Position numbers and translations under genes: made by a program. From Ramazzottius varieornatus (taxonomy: Eukaryota > Animalia > Tardigrada), in NCBI GenBank assembly GCA_001949185.1, contig BDGG01000002.1, positions 1,209,481 to 1,273,480 on the forward strand: a stretch of DNA of 64,000 bases, given 5' to 3'. This document shows, piece after piece, positions 1-17,425 of the stretch. Below the pieces are notes generated by a model. That model saw only the letters and a program-made list of their open reading frames with translations, ran no database searches and was not told the DNA's origin. The stretch's first letter is position 1; every line of letters begins with the position of its first letter.

Positions 1-353
1 ATTCCTTTCCGTTCATCCTTCACCTTTTCCGAGTTCGGAGACGAGACTGCTAAGTGCGTTTGATCAAAAATCTGGTTGCATCTGTTGGGTCTTAATTGAT
101 GACAATCTGCAATGATGGAAGGGGATTCAGGTAAGCTGCGCAATCCGCATTATCCATTATTTGTTCGTCCTAAATACTTTTTTGGCGCGGCTTCCCTTCT
201 GTGCATACTCCTGACTTCCAGGGGCGCGGTACTCTTCATCACAAAAGCGCATGGTGAAGAACTTTGATGACAGAGAACGGATCTCAAAAGCGATCAAAAA
301 TAGATGGAGATCGTTTTCGAACTTTTGTTGCTTTTTCAAATTTCTAACAGTGC

Positions 354-490
354 CACGTGACTTGCGGCCAAGCCTTGAAGGCGGATAGACCACGTGGCCC
401 TGAATTCTATTTGGTGGGTGGTATTTTGCTGCGCTGTGTCACGATGGCACGTGTCATTTGTCGGGCTGCTGCCGAATCTGAAGTCACGTG
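354..490. promoter_or_regulatory. Cluster of four CACGTG E-boxes upstream of the B55 gene
   Basis: CACGTG at 354, 391, 448 and 485. Function is inferred. Confidence 0.5.
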
Positions 491-585
491 GATGCGCCAT
501 CTTTGGAACCATGATTGATTAACGTGCACGGTTGTTTATCTCTGTTGTGGTGAGGATTGTTGTTTTCAATTTTTTATCGTTGCAG

Positions 586-3500
586 AACCAGTCGCGAAAA
601 AGACTGAAAATTCGGAGCCTTCCTCGGCATCATCTCCGTGTGACACCCAATGGTATTTGTCTCAAATAAAGGGTTCGTTGGAGGACGAGAATGTGGACGG
701 TAAGAAACTAAAGAAAGTGGATTTCTTACGAGTTGATTGTCTTTCTTGATTGATGCAGTGCGAATGTGCAGTACTGTACTGCGAAATGCACCGCTGTATT
801 TTTCTTTCCTTTTCAGCGGACACGATATCAAGCATCGACTTCAACGAAGATGGCGAGTTTCTGGCCGCAGGAGACAAGGGAGGGAGGATTGTTGTTTTTA
901 AACGGGACGTTGAGGTAAACAGTGCGGGCGCACCACTGCGCCAGATCAGTACCCGCGCTAATCATTTTGCTCTTGGTTGTTATTACGGCAGGATAGGCTT
1001 CCTCTGTTTCTTTCTTTCATTTTGTCTAACTGTCACAAGGAAGGCGACACAACGGCGGAGAAACTGAATGGCGAGGATCGCAGCGTGAAATACCAGTTGT
1101 AATTCTAATGATGTCGCGAAGGAGCGAAAGAAGGAAGAGGCAACTGCGCCAGTTTTACCACTGTCATTACTTTCCATCACGCAACGCTTTTCTTCCCTCT
1201 TTTCGCAGCACCTACATCGCGACTCGTGCTCAAGGGCCAAAGTGAGGATCGGGAGAAGGACCCAGTGATTCTCTTTAGATTCTCTTTGATCCTTTAGAAG
1301 GCCGTTGCTTACGGGCTCTCTAAGGGATCAAAATGGTCCGGCCGCAAAATCGATTTCCCATCTCTTCACTTTTCGCCCGCCTCTTTCCCCTTCCTCTGCC
1401 CAACTTATTACCTTCAATTAGTAGTGCTACGAAATCTCTTCCCTTTCTTCCTGAACGGCGATTTACTCGATTAGGCCATTCAGTGCTTCCGCTTTGCCCG
1501 ATTACCGCCAAAGCTGAGCTGTCAAGCCATATGAGACACTCTAGTACTGTAGAAATCGTGCTTCTTTCCCATCCAGATAACCAAGGTTGGACCAGATTTT
1601 CTATTTGCACAACCTAATGACGATCTCTTGGCTTTTGTCAGTCCGTGTTTTGTTTCTTTCAGAATAAGCAACCTTTTGGAAGGACGGATTATAATGTCTA
1701 CAGCACCTTCCAAAGTCACGAGCCGGAGTTTGACTATTTGAAGAGCGTGGAAATTGAGGAAAAGATCAACGACATTGCCTGGTTGAAACGACGCAGCCCG
1801 GCGTTATTTCTCCTTTCAACAAACGGTACAAATTTTGCAGCGATGTCCATTGAGCACATTTCGAAGCGCAAAATTGGCATTTCGCATAATATTTCATTAG
1901 TGTTTTGAAAGAGTCCGGATTTTATCCGGGGATTTTACTTTTGCAGATAAGACTATTAAGTTATGGAAGATATCGGAGCGGACGAAGCGCGCAGAAGGGT
2001 TCAACCTCCGGGAAGAAGACAGCGGGAAGATCAAGCATCAGCGACTGGAGAGTCTGCGCATTCCCGCACTGAAGAATGTCGACGGAGTGGTGGAAGCCTC
2101 GGCCAGGAGAGTGTACGCCAATGCCCACGCCTACCATATCAACAGCATCGCCGTCAATGCCGACCAGGAAACTTTCCTCAGCGCCGACGATCTCCGTATC
2201 AACATTTGGCACACTGAGTCGAAAAACCTTTGTTGGAGTACGTTCTGTGGAATTTGTCGGAATGTTTAGCAGTATCTCACGTACCTGCATACAAGAACCT
2301 ATTGGAGTCTAATGGGTACTTGTACGCAGGTGTGGGCATTACGAACCTGCACACATGAGCCTATTGGTTTGTAATAGCTATGTGTATGCAGGGGTGGGAA
2401 TACAAATGAGTGTTCAGTTAATCCTCTTCAAATGTAACGTTTGATATGTATTCTGATCGGTGGCTGACGTATCCTTTTTTTGCTTACAGATGTGATTGAC
2501 ATAAAGCCGGAGAATATGGAGGATTTAGCCGAAGTGATAACGTATTCGCGCTTTCATCCCACCGAAAACAGTGTTTTTGCGTTCAGTAGCTCCAAAGGAG
2601 TTATCAGACTTTGTGACATGAGGAGGTCGACACATCACGAGCAGCATGCCAAGCGTAAGAAGAACGGGAGGATACCTTCCAATAATTTTTTGTCTCACAA
2701 GGAATTATTCAGTAGGGAGGAATGGGAGTTCGACAGACAAATTCAACAAGTTTGATCTCTCCAGTGGCGCACACAGTCTGTTCAAGTAACGGAAAGGGTA
2801 CGCCACTTGGAGACATTGATCTTGCCGAGTTTGATTGTTTTTACAAGTGGCGCGGGTCTTCATTGCTGTCGGCTAGATACTTGCGCAACTTGAAATCTCG
2901 ATAAGATCACTTTTCCCAAGCGGCGCGTCCCAAAGCGTGCGCCACTTTGGAGCAATGATCCTGTCGAGCTGTTTGCCGAGCTTGCATAAAGGTCTGGAAG
3001 TGAAGGTGAAGTTTTGGGTCAGGCATCATTTTACTTATTCATTTTCCGTTGCAGTTTTTGCGGATACGGAGGAGGCGGGAACGCGCAACTTTTTTTCGGA
3101 AATTATTGCCAGTATTGCTCATTTTACCTTTAGCTATAACGGCCACCTGATGGCCGCACGCGACTACATGCATGTCAAGCTGTGGGACCTTCGCATGGAG
3201 ACCAAGCCTGTCGAGGTTTTCCAAGTCCATGAATACCTCAAAGCCAAGCTGTGTACTCTCTACGAAAATGACTGCATCTTCGACAAATTTGACTGCACAT
3301 TTTCACATGATGACAAGTAAGAACTACCAAAACACCAGAATGACAAAATTCTTCACCAAAACAAATTTCCGCAAACAGACTTCACAAGACTGTTTCCAAG
3401 TGGCGCATGTTTCAGTATTTGGCCGACAGACTGCGTCACTTTGGAAAACCTTGTCGAGTTTGATTATCTTCCCGAGTGGCGCACGCTTGCATGCTATTGG

Positions 3501-3897
3501 CGGAATGAGTGCGCCAGTTTGAAAACGAACTTTTCGTGTATGTCATGCTATCCCTGCACGACTATTCGGAGAAAACATTCGGGATTTTCTTTTCAGGGCG
3601 ATTTTAACGGGTTCGTACGGCAGTCTTTTCCGCGTTTTCGACATTGCTTCGAAGAAGGACGTGACATACGAAGCGTCGAAAGACGTGACGAAAGTGAAGG
3701 CCGTTCTGAAGTCCAAGAAGATCATCACGGGCAGCGATCGCTTGTCGGCGCAGAAGCGGAAGAAGGACGAGATTGCCACCGATAGTCTGGACTACAGCCG
3801 CAAAGTCCTACACGCCAGCTGGCATCCGAAAGAGAACGTCCTCGCTCTGTGCTCCACCAATAACCTCTTCATGTTTGAAGACGCCCATCAACCTTAG
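586..3897 (+). CDS. PPP2R2: PP2A regulatory subunit B55 (PR55/twins family, WD40); exons ~586-699, 817-914, 1663-1825, 1947-2237, 2490-2654, 3055-3316, 3597-3897; first coding exon not located
   Basis: The spliced translation gives [124 protein letters not shown] and [12 protein letters not shown], all hallmark B55 blocks. GT-AG introns are in consistent phase. Confidence 0.97.
2755..2950. repeat. Intronic ~80-bp inverted-arm unit array (3 units)
   Basis: TGGCGC arms at 2765, 2848, 2921 and GCGCCA-type arms at 2798, 2881, 2937. Confidence 0.85.
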
Positions 3898-4208
3898 TCA
3901 TTCTTTCTTTCCTATTACTTGTTGTTTCCACCTGTGTTTTCATCCATAGAGTATAGAATAATATTCTACGCATGTGAAGCCTCTCTTCGCTTGTTTGCTG
4001 GACACGCTCTTTCCCTCGAAGATGCATTGTGAAAGATAAACGGGGCTTTTGTTGTTTCCACAGACAGAGTGAATGATATGAGGAGAGAATTGTTTTCCTT
4101 TTTAAAAGCTGTAATATTTTTACTGACGGATAAGTTACATTATCTTATCGACAGTTCCTTTCATGTCAGACTTGAGCGTTCCGTGCTGTTACCTACTGAA
4201 ACGGCTCT

Positions 4209-4972
4209 AAGGTTGACCTGAGAGCCCAAACACCCTTCAACTTTTACCATCGAAAGTACTCGGTTGCCTACTGTTTGAAGGCACTCACAACTGCGGGTAA
4301 AATCTTTTGGCCGCAGGCCGAGGCGGCTGGAGGTATTAAAGAGGTCCGTAATTTGGCCCTTTTTCTACGAAGTTGCTAATCAGGTCCGTGCTCGGCACAA
4401 CCTTGACTGATGATCTATGAAAATTTCGTAGAAAACGGGCCAAATTGCGGACCTCTTTTAATCCTCCAGCCGCCTCTGGCCCAAGGAGAAAATTTTGAAT
4501 GCGTGGAACCCTCTGGATATGAATGTGGAACCCTTAACTTCTCGACATCTATTGGGCTTCGTATCGTCCGAAACATCCAGCACCAAAAATGCATCGAATG
4601 TACTTTTCCACACTTCTGCGGCTTCAGGCTGGTGAAACGAAAATTTTCGTTTTTGTCGATTTTCCGTCGATGAGTGGTCCATCACGAAAACTCCGTCGAA
4701 AATGAAGTTTTTGATTCGCCAACGCGAAACTGCAAGTGTTTAGCAGTCCATTCAATGCATTTTCTGGTACTAGAGATATCATGTTTCGGACGATACGAGA
4801 CCCAGTAGAGATGTCAGAGCTCCAAAAGTGGTATCAAGAAGGTTCCGCACTCAAAATTTGCTCCCTGGCCAAAAGATTTTTACCGGCAGTGGAGAGTGCC
4901 TTCAAACAGTAATCAGAACCGAGTACTTTCGATGACAAAGTTGAAGGATGTTTGGGCTCTTAGGTCAACCTT
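4209..4972. mobile_element. Fold-back MITE with ~77-bp TIRs and nested internal palindromes
   Basis: AAGGTTGACCTGAGAGCCCAAACA..GAAGGCACTC at 4209 is mirrored by GAGTGCCTTC..TGTTTGGGCTCTTAGGTCAACCTT ending 4972. Internal inverted pairs at ~4321-4475 and ~4478-4870. Confidence 0.85.
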
Positions 4973-5421
4973 CGTTCACTCACAAGGGCCAACTCGAGCA
5001 AGTCAAGCACAAATAACGGAAGTATAACTACATATCAAGAACAATTCATCTTTGTTTTGATTTCCTTTACAGATGTGACGATGCTATGCACTCTTGCTGT
5101 TATTAGTGACCACGCCATACTTGCGGCCCAGCCCCTCAAATTGTTCCATAAACTTTGGGCGGAAGCAGCTCGAGCTAACATGCAGCCGGCCGACCGCGTG
5201 CGTCTGTTTCACTCATAACGACAGTTTCTCGTGTACGACGTACCCATTAGACGTGTACGATCGAACTCAGAGCCCACCCACAGATCCAGTGACGCGCCAA
5301 ATCATCATACAGTACAGCATCGCAAATGAAATGAAACACTGTATATCTTCCACCTGCCATGAATACCACGAAATAAAAAATAGACGTTCAAACAGGAGAA
5401 ATAATTTACTAGACAGTCGTA

Positions 5422-10445
<5,024 letters not shown>

Positions 10446-10523
10446 TCATGCAAAGACAACAGGACATCAATCAGGTGGTAAAGGAAGAAGACTGTTGCGG
10501 AATGCTGACAGTCGGAAAGAAAA

Positions 10524-10714
10524 TTGCGAGAGCTCCGCCCAAAAGGCTGGCCTTCCAGCGGAGCTTCAGAACGAATCATAGACCACTTGAGTCATCGTAG
10601 AAAGCTGTTCAGGCATTCTAAAGCCCTTAAATTGGGGCAATCTATGGCAAGCCTGAGCTTATGGCGGAAGATCAAAGAGAAGTTTCTTGGCACCGAAAGT
10701 GGTCTCTACCATTA
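10524..10714 (+). repeat. ~190-bp dispersed repeat, second copy at 43979-44169
   Basis: The sequence TGCGAGAGCTCCGCC..CTACCATTA is near-identical at both loci. Confidence 0.9.
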
Positions 10715-11956
10715 GTCCTCTGTCGTACGTACAGGCATAGGGCATTATTATACCCTGTTCAAAAAATTGGAAAAATCATAAAAAATCGGGAATCACCCTG
10801 AGTAAAAGTTCGTGCTGTCTGAAGCTCGAGCTTCCTCTGATGAAATTGCGATTCAGAGTCCCTTGGGTATAAAACCTAAAAAATGCAGAAAATCGCAACG
10901 CACAAGTCCTCAGAGCACTGAATCTGGGCAACGTTCTTTAGGGCAGCGTTCTCCAGGTTGACTACCGATTTCGCTGGCTGAATGACAAACCACGTCAATA
11001 CATCGGCGTTCCGCGCAGTTGCACCAGGTCAACGTGCATCTGCAGCACAGCTGCTTAGCCACTGGGCATAATTGTGCAGCACAGCGCAGCGTACAGCGTC
11101 CTGGTAATGTGCGCAGCACAGTTACAGCGTACTGTTGGACCTGCGGTCCAGAGCTCTACAAGTCCCAACTCCAAGTCTCCAGCTCTACTGATGCGCAGCT
11201 GTACTTCGCCTTGCCTGAAGGTAGGACACACGATCAATCGATTGATTGATTACCTTGAGCGAATAATTTACAAGGCGGGGCGAATATTCGTTACGTCGTC
11301 GACGGTTTCCTCGATCGTCAGAGGATAACGAAACATACAAAAATACAGTAATGACAGCTCTGACAAGTGGAAGCGATCAAGGCTAACTCCAGAAGATCAA
11401 CACATGGAAATTACAATCTGAGATCAGGCACCAGAAACGATATGGAATACTCGCGCAAACGTAGCAGAGAGAACTAACCACTAAACAAGGAAATGTTTAG
11501 TGGTTAGTTCATTTTTTCTGCCTTCTTCCAGGTGCTCACTCGTCTATTTCCGTGTCCGACTGGCTTCGTCGTACTCGGTTGGATGCTTAAGCTGGTCCAT
11601 GTTCATGGTTTGGTTTTTCTTGTCCGTCGCGAGGGTCCTCTACGCTGACTTAGGTTCACCGTCCGAACCTGGTAGTGCCGACGGGAACTTAATCTGCCTT
11701 GCTTGGCGGATTGTGGTTCTGATGAGCATTCGTCGGCCATCCTCCCCCATAGTTCCCGGGGCAGGTTTCCCATTTTCCGCCACTATCGCGTCCACTACCC
11801 TGGTGACCACCAAGTCCAACGTTGTTTCCTCGTTGTCCCCAACCGCCACGTCCACTGCCCCGTCCAGAAGAACTGTTGCCCCGAAAAATCAAAGCCGGAC
11901 CCGAATACCGACAGCCTTTTCCCCCGACAGCCTCGAACTCGAACAGCTTCGAACCC

Positions 11957-12020
11957 GAAGAACCTCCGACCCGAAGACCTTTTTCCCCGAAGAACCTCCG
12001 ACCCGAAGACCTTTTTCCCC
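11957..12020. repeat. 31-bp tandem duplication with degenerate flanking copies
   Basis: GAAGAACCTCCGACCCGAAGACCTTTTTCCCC occurs twice in tandem. Confidence 0.85.
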
Positions 12021-12117
12021 TAAGAACTCTTCTGAGAAGCCTCTAACTGATGCACCGCCAAAACGGTCCAGTGACTGCTTTATCGCGACCAAACTCATCG
12101 TCGTTCACGTACCGTTC

Positions 12118-12457
12118 AGTCATGTTGGCATATATGAATATTATATTAAATTAGAACTTATTAGATGCTTTCTGTACCTAATATATCATATTAATATTTA
12201 TTAGCTGTCTTTATTAAAATTAAATTAGATGTAACCCAAAGCTGGAAATATTGTATTAAAATCAACCGTTGAAAAACGCATCCGAAATATTATAATATAT
12301 TATGATGAGAACTCGACCAAACAAGTTAATATATAATATCACATCAGATGCCCTGGGGTCGGGACATATTATGTTAAGATTATATTAGAACTCTGGCAGC
12401 GCGGGCTTACTAAATTGAAATTATATTAGGCTAGAATACCCTCATGCCAACATCACT
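12118..12457. mobile_element. AT-rich non-autonomous TIR element
   Basis: AGTCATGTTGGCAT at the left and ATGCCAACATCACT at the right bound a sharply AT-rich interior. No clear TSD. Confidence 0.55.
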
Positions 12458-13486
12458 AGTATCTACCGAATCTGATTGAGTAGGTCCCGTCACTCCAGTA
12501 GAACTGCGACGGATTCTCCTGCCAGTGTCGGCCAGGATGTGATGGGGATAATAGAGGCATACGCCGGTCCAGCAGTTACCTCTTTTGTTAGAGGGGCTTT
12601 CCATCATCCCTCCTATATCACGAAATCTTGTACGCTTTCAGCTGTCGTTCCTGATGCCGATGGTCGACCTGATGGTGATGGTCGACCTGCGATGTCATCC
12701 AGACATCCACATGCCGATACAGTTCTTGCTACCCCGCTATATTTTCAGGCGTTATCGAGCCGTCCAGCAAAATGTCGAGCTCGTTCTTTGCACAGGCTTG
12801 TCGAACATCAATAAATGTTCTCAACCTGTAAAGAGGTGGCCATTAAATTTTATTGGCGGTACTTTCAGTCAGTCCAGTCAGCGGCAAAGAAACACTTCGG
12901 TAGTGCCAGGTTGGTCGAAACACCAGCTGGGAAAAGGTCACAAAGGGAACAGCTGGAAAATAGCTAAAAGAATGGCCATATCAGCCCGGGCTCTGAAGGT
13001 TGAGCGGAATCCGAGCAAGGTTATGGCTGCACTACTGAAGAAACAAACATATGACGCCATCGCGGTAATGCTAAAGACTGCACAGGACATCCGGATCCTG
13101 TTTAAGTAAGCCGCCTTACCAGATGACGCCACCAGTGTTTGCGGTACTCGTACGGCTCTCTCTGATCGCCACAGGTATCGTGCTACCACGAACTCCAAAG
13201 CGCTTTTACCGTACAACATGCTGGATAACCATGACAATTACCTTGTGGGTTTAAATCTATTGGGAAAGGATTTCTCGGTAAGGTACCAGGTACGTCCAGC
13301 TCAACTGCAAACAGACCCAGTCGTGAATCTATGTATACTTCGCTTCCAGTACACGCACAATGGGTAATCATGGAACATGCGGAAAGGACGGAAAAATTGG
13401 AACGGGCCTGTCATGTGATTGGGCTGAACTTTTGAGGGAATACAGTACTACCTTGTATGGTGAGGAGCATTATTCCCTCCATTACA

Positions 13487-13735
13487 AATCCCGCGGTGAA
13501 ATCCCGGGTGTATCGCATCCCGGGTGTATCTAGTTCCGTGCTACGTATATCCCGGGATGTGTATCGAAAACCCGGGAAGATGAATCTCGCAGGAACTTCA
13601 CATTAATCGGGCTCGGTATATCCCGGGATTTTGAGGACTGCCCGGGATTTCAGTTGTCCGAGATTTGCTGCCACCAGGCTTGCATCCCGGAAATACTGGG
13701 TCGCGAGATACTGGAATTTCGGGATTTCGAACCGG
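13487..13735. repeat. ATCCCGGG/CCCGGGAT-rich cluster, probable subterminal repeats of a decayed DNA element
   Basis: About ten ATCCCG(G/C)G / CGGGAT motifs in both orientations. Confidence 0.55.
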
Positions 13736-13858
13736 TACCGTATTGCATACATAATAGTGCAGCTCTTTGATTGGCTTGTTGGTTGTGGATAGCTGACTAC
13801 ACTTACACTGACTCGCACGAGAACACTGTAGTCTTGTAGACAACAACTGCTGGTAGTA

Positions 13859-14023
13859 CAGTGTAGGACAAAATTAACCGTTAAAAATGGGCGTAACTCT
13901 CCAGCTGAGCTTACTTACTACTCAGCCAATGAAAATTAGATTTTACTGCATGCGCATATTTCATTGGCTTTAACCATCTGGCTCCATACACCCGTTTGTA
14001 ACAGTCTATTTTGTCGTACACTG
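13859..14023. mobile_element. 165-bp Tc1/mariner-type MITE with TA TSD
   Basis: TA|CAGTGTAGGACAAAAT ... ATTTTGTCGTACACTG|TA, with an internal AGCCAATGAAA/TTTCATTGGCT inverted pair. Confidence 0.8.
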
Positions 14024-14329
14024 TATTTGCACTAGTAGTACGAGGTAAACGTCACAATTCGGGCGATGCTGCGGTATGGGGTGGCAGCACATGTCGCTTT
14101 CGACAATGGCTCGAACCGCTCCCAGACACCGTACCGCAGTAGGGAATTACAGCGCGGTAGATCACATGTGGTATCTTGATTTTTATCTCGGATTTGTTTC
14201 CTCAAAATCAGAGAAAGACCAGCTAGTTCCAAACGACAACAATTCCACCAACAACATGAAGTAGTAAAAGAAAAACAGTAACATATGATCAGAACGAAAG
14301 GGAATCCCCAATGTGAAGTTACCAACTTA

Positions 14330-15470
14330 GCGGAATCCGCGAGTGAATGCCTCCGGATCATGATGAGCTTTAACTGTCTTCCTGATCACATCTGGGGAAA
14401 ACGGAAACAGGCCTCTTTGCGAATCCGGACTTGAGGCACTTTCCTACATTGAACGCGTACTTGTCGACACATCCCTCAGTCCGGTACCACAGTTTGACCA
14501 CATGCGAGAGCAGATTGTCATTAGTGACCTGACAATTAGAACGGAAATAAAACTTAAGGGATTCTCTTAGAAATGACAATTGGTGTATCAAGGTCTTCAC
14601 GATTCCGCCTTCAACAAGACGACGATCACGTAGGTACATCTCCCACTTCTTCTTCACCCCTCCGAATGCTGAAACCTCAAACGGTTGAAGATGATTGGTC
14701 TGCCCGGCTGGAAGACATAATATCTCCACCCGTTTCTCTGTTGCTTCGAAGAACTTCTTGCAGTAACGAACCAACCGGAGGTTATTGACATGCGTGAAAT
14801 GGCCATCAACAAATATGACGGTCTGCAACAAATCAAGCAATCAACATTAACGAGGAATCCTCCAGATTTGAACTTCACGTAGTGACGTCATAATTTAACA
14901 TTACGTTCGGTTTACCACGTTTACCATACCAAACACAATGACGTCACGCGCTGTCATAGTTTAAATTACCTTTAGTTCCGTTATGGCTGGAAAAACTTCG
15001 TCCTTGACGTAACTAGCGAAGTGAACTTGATCCATGTACCCGGAAGAATTAACCGCGTGATAGCAAAGACCATGGGTATCGTAGAGACGTGACAGGACGT
15101 GTACCTTGCCGGAGTAGAGATCCACAAACTTTAGCTGGATTCCGACTGCGTTTCCACATGGAAGGATAGTCACGGACCCCTCCTCAGTTCCGTCGAACTG
15201 TGAGGGAATCTGCTTGGCCCCCTTTCTGGCAACAACCCGATCGTACATTTCGGAGGTATCAAAGGCAGTTTCATCCGAGTTCCAAACTTGTTCTGGTTTT
15301 TCCAGGAATCCTCCAGTGTACAGCTTCTGAAGTTTGGACATATAATCCTCACAGCGTTCAACTGTCCACTCCCTGTCTTTCTTCCGATTCGAGCAATGCG
15401 TAATCCGCATGGAAAGTTCTTCACAACGATCCAGAAAACGACGGAAGAATTTGTCTTCGAACGTTGCGTT
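14330..15470 (-). mobile_element. Degenerate pogo/Tigger-type DDE transposase remnant with introns
   Basis: QVWNSDETAF, VIFVDGHFTH, LPAGQTNHLQPFEVSAFGGVKKKW and CLKSGF, with frameshifts. TIRs not found. Confidence 0.85.
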
Positions 15471-17425
15471 TCCTAACTCTAATAAAATTACACATTAAAT
15501 TCAATTAAATTCGCGATTGTTGTTCCGCTGTTTCCGTTGACGTACCTAGTTGAACTGCGACTACCGAAAACAGCTGCGAACAGTGATATCGGTTTTAAGG
15601 GACTCGTAATATCGCAAACGAAGGAGCCTTTGTAAAAACGGCGATGCGGTATTGCGTCAGTGCACTACCATTGCTCACTGGCGGAAGTACGTCATGGCAA
15701 ACATCCTACGGCTTACTTAAGGGATTCCTAAAATGATTGAAACCGACTCTATGACGTAGATCACAGCTATCGCAAAAAGCGACAACAGCGCCTCTCCCGG
15801 CCTCGCTGTTGAGTTTTTTCCAGGCTTTTTAGCATTACAGCAACTCTCATTTCTTCCGAGCGTTGTATCTTCAAGGTCTAGGCTGTGTGTGTGCTCAAAT
15901 CTGTTTTGGCTAGATAGGGAAGATCTTTCTCCACAAGATAGCATTGAAAACAAACGGGCTACGAGGTACGAAATTCTAGACCGCCCGAATTGTGACGGGA
16001 AAATCACTACGTCCGAATTGTGACGTTTACCTCGTAATGCATTTTCCACACTGTATAATCACGCTGAACATCTCGGAACTGTTGCAGTTGACGGAGCTGG
16101 AAAGGTGGTCGAAGCAGCTCGGCGAGACCGAACGTTTCAGGTTGATACGGTTCAATAGGCGGTACACTCGGACGGTAGCCTTCGCTGGTACCTTGAGCAA
16201 GATGGAACGGAACTACGAAAAGTTGCTGAAGGGAGGAAAGAGAACTGGGCCATGGAAAGAGACAGGGTAAGCTAAAATTATTATTGTGGTTGGTCGGTAG
16301 ATGGCGCACTGTTTGAAAGTCTCATTTCGCTGTATTTGTATGCCGGATTATTTTTAGAAATCAATTGACCATAGCAGAGTTTGAAATGTGTGTCGGATCA
16401 GAGCGTCGGATGCACAATGTGCAGTGGAAAGCAACAAGTATCGCAAGTTGAGGGCTCTTATTTGCACGAGGATACTCCTGTACTGTGTAAGATTCAAGTT
16501 AGAGTCTAGCCTCGCTTCGAGAGGGAAATGCGAGCTAAATACAGAGCAATGGTTATGATCAACATCCCATGTCTTTCTGGCCTTTTCCTTCCTCACTTTA
16601 AAACAGTGCAGTGTTCGAATAATATCAACAAGACGCTTTGCACTCTTTCTTTCCATCTTTGCCTGGCAGACAAGAAGAGCAAGCAGCAGTTGCATCTGCG
16701 CGATGAAGCTGATGTTCGATCCAGGCCAGCTGTAATAATTACCTCCGCGAATGTAACATGTGCCACAGCTTCTTCTTCTTCTCCATCTTCTTCTCCTCGG
16801 CGTTTTTCCGTCGTTCGTGGAAGGAAGGAAGCGCTTTGACTTTTCTTCTAACGAGGCAAACATGCTCGACATAATTTCTGCTCCTACTACGAGTACACTG
16901 TCCTTCTCTTTCAGTCTGCGCATGTCCTCGTTGTAAAGCAGTCGTGGCCGTTGTGGCTAAAAATTGATACTTCATCTGGATCATAACCAACCAGTCTTAC
17001 AGCAGTTCGACAGTAGTTGAGTTTCAGCCAGCAACGACGACGAGGAGGAGCTCTCGTCTCTGCTCTCGCTGTGAGACGTTTTTCTTCTTCTTTCTCTTTG
17101 GTGCATACAATGACGTGGAGTTAGCTGGTGGAGTTCCTTGACAGAGTTCTTCGTTCGAACGATCGAGTTCCATATCGGGACTGATTACATAGCACCCACT
17201 GTATCGTGCGAATATCTTAAAAAAATTTATCATTTGTATCCTGGGTGTTGCCTTTGTTGATCCCCGTTGAAATATACGGGTGGAGATTTTTATACGGAAG
17301 GGAAGTTTATTGCATGAGAATAGGAAAAACCCGGGATCTGTTTGGCTTGGCCTGATCTTTCCTTGTTGACTCGACCGATATCCAACCCGATCGGTCGGGT
17401 GCGCTTCCCCGCCAGGACGGCCAAC

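Noticed and set aside
11300-11900. RGG-rich minus-strand ORF followed by an IVSGA segment, as an LTR gag-protease remnant
   Set aside because: Multiple stops, no zinc knuckle, catalytic Asp absent and no LTR found.
12570-13371. Minus-strand exon-like fragments with splice-like signals
   Set aside because: Stops in every join tried and no recognisable family.
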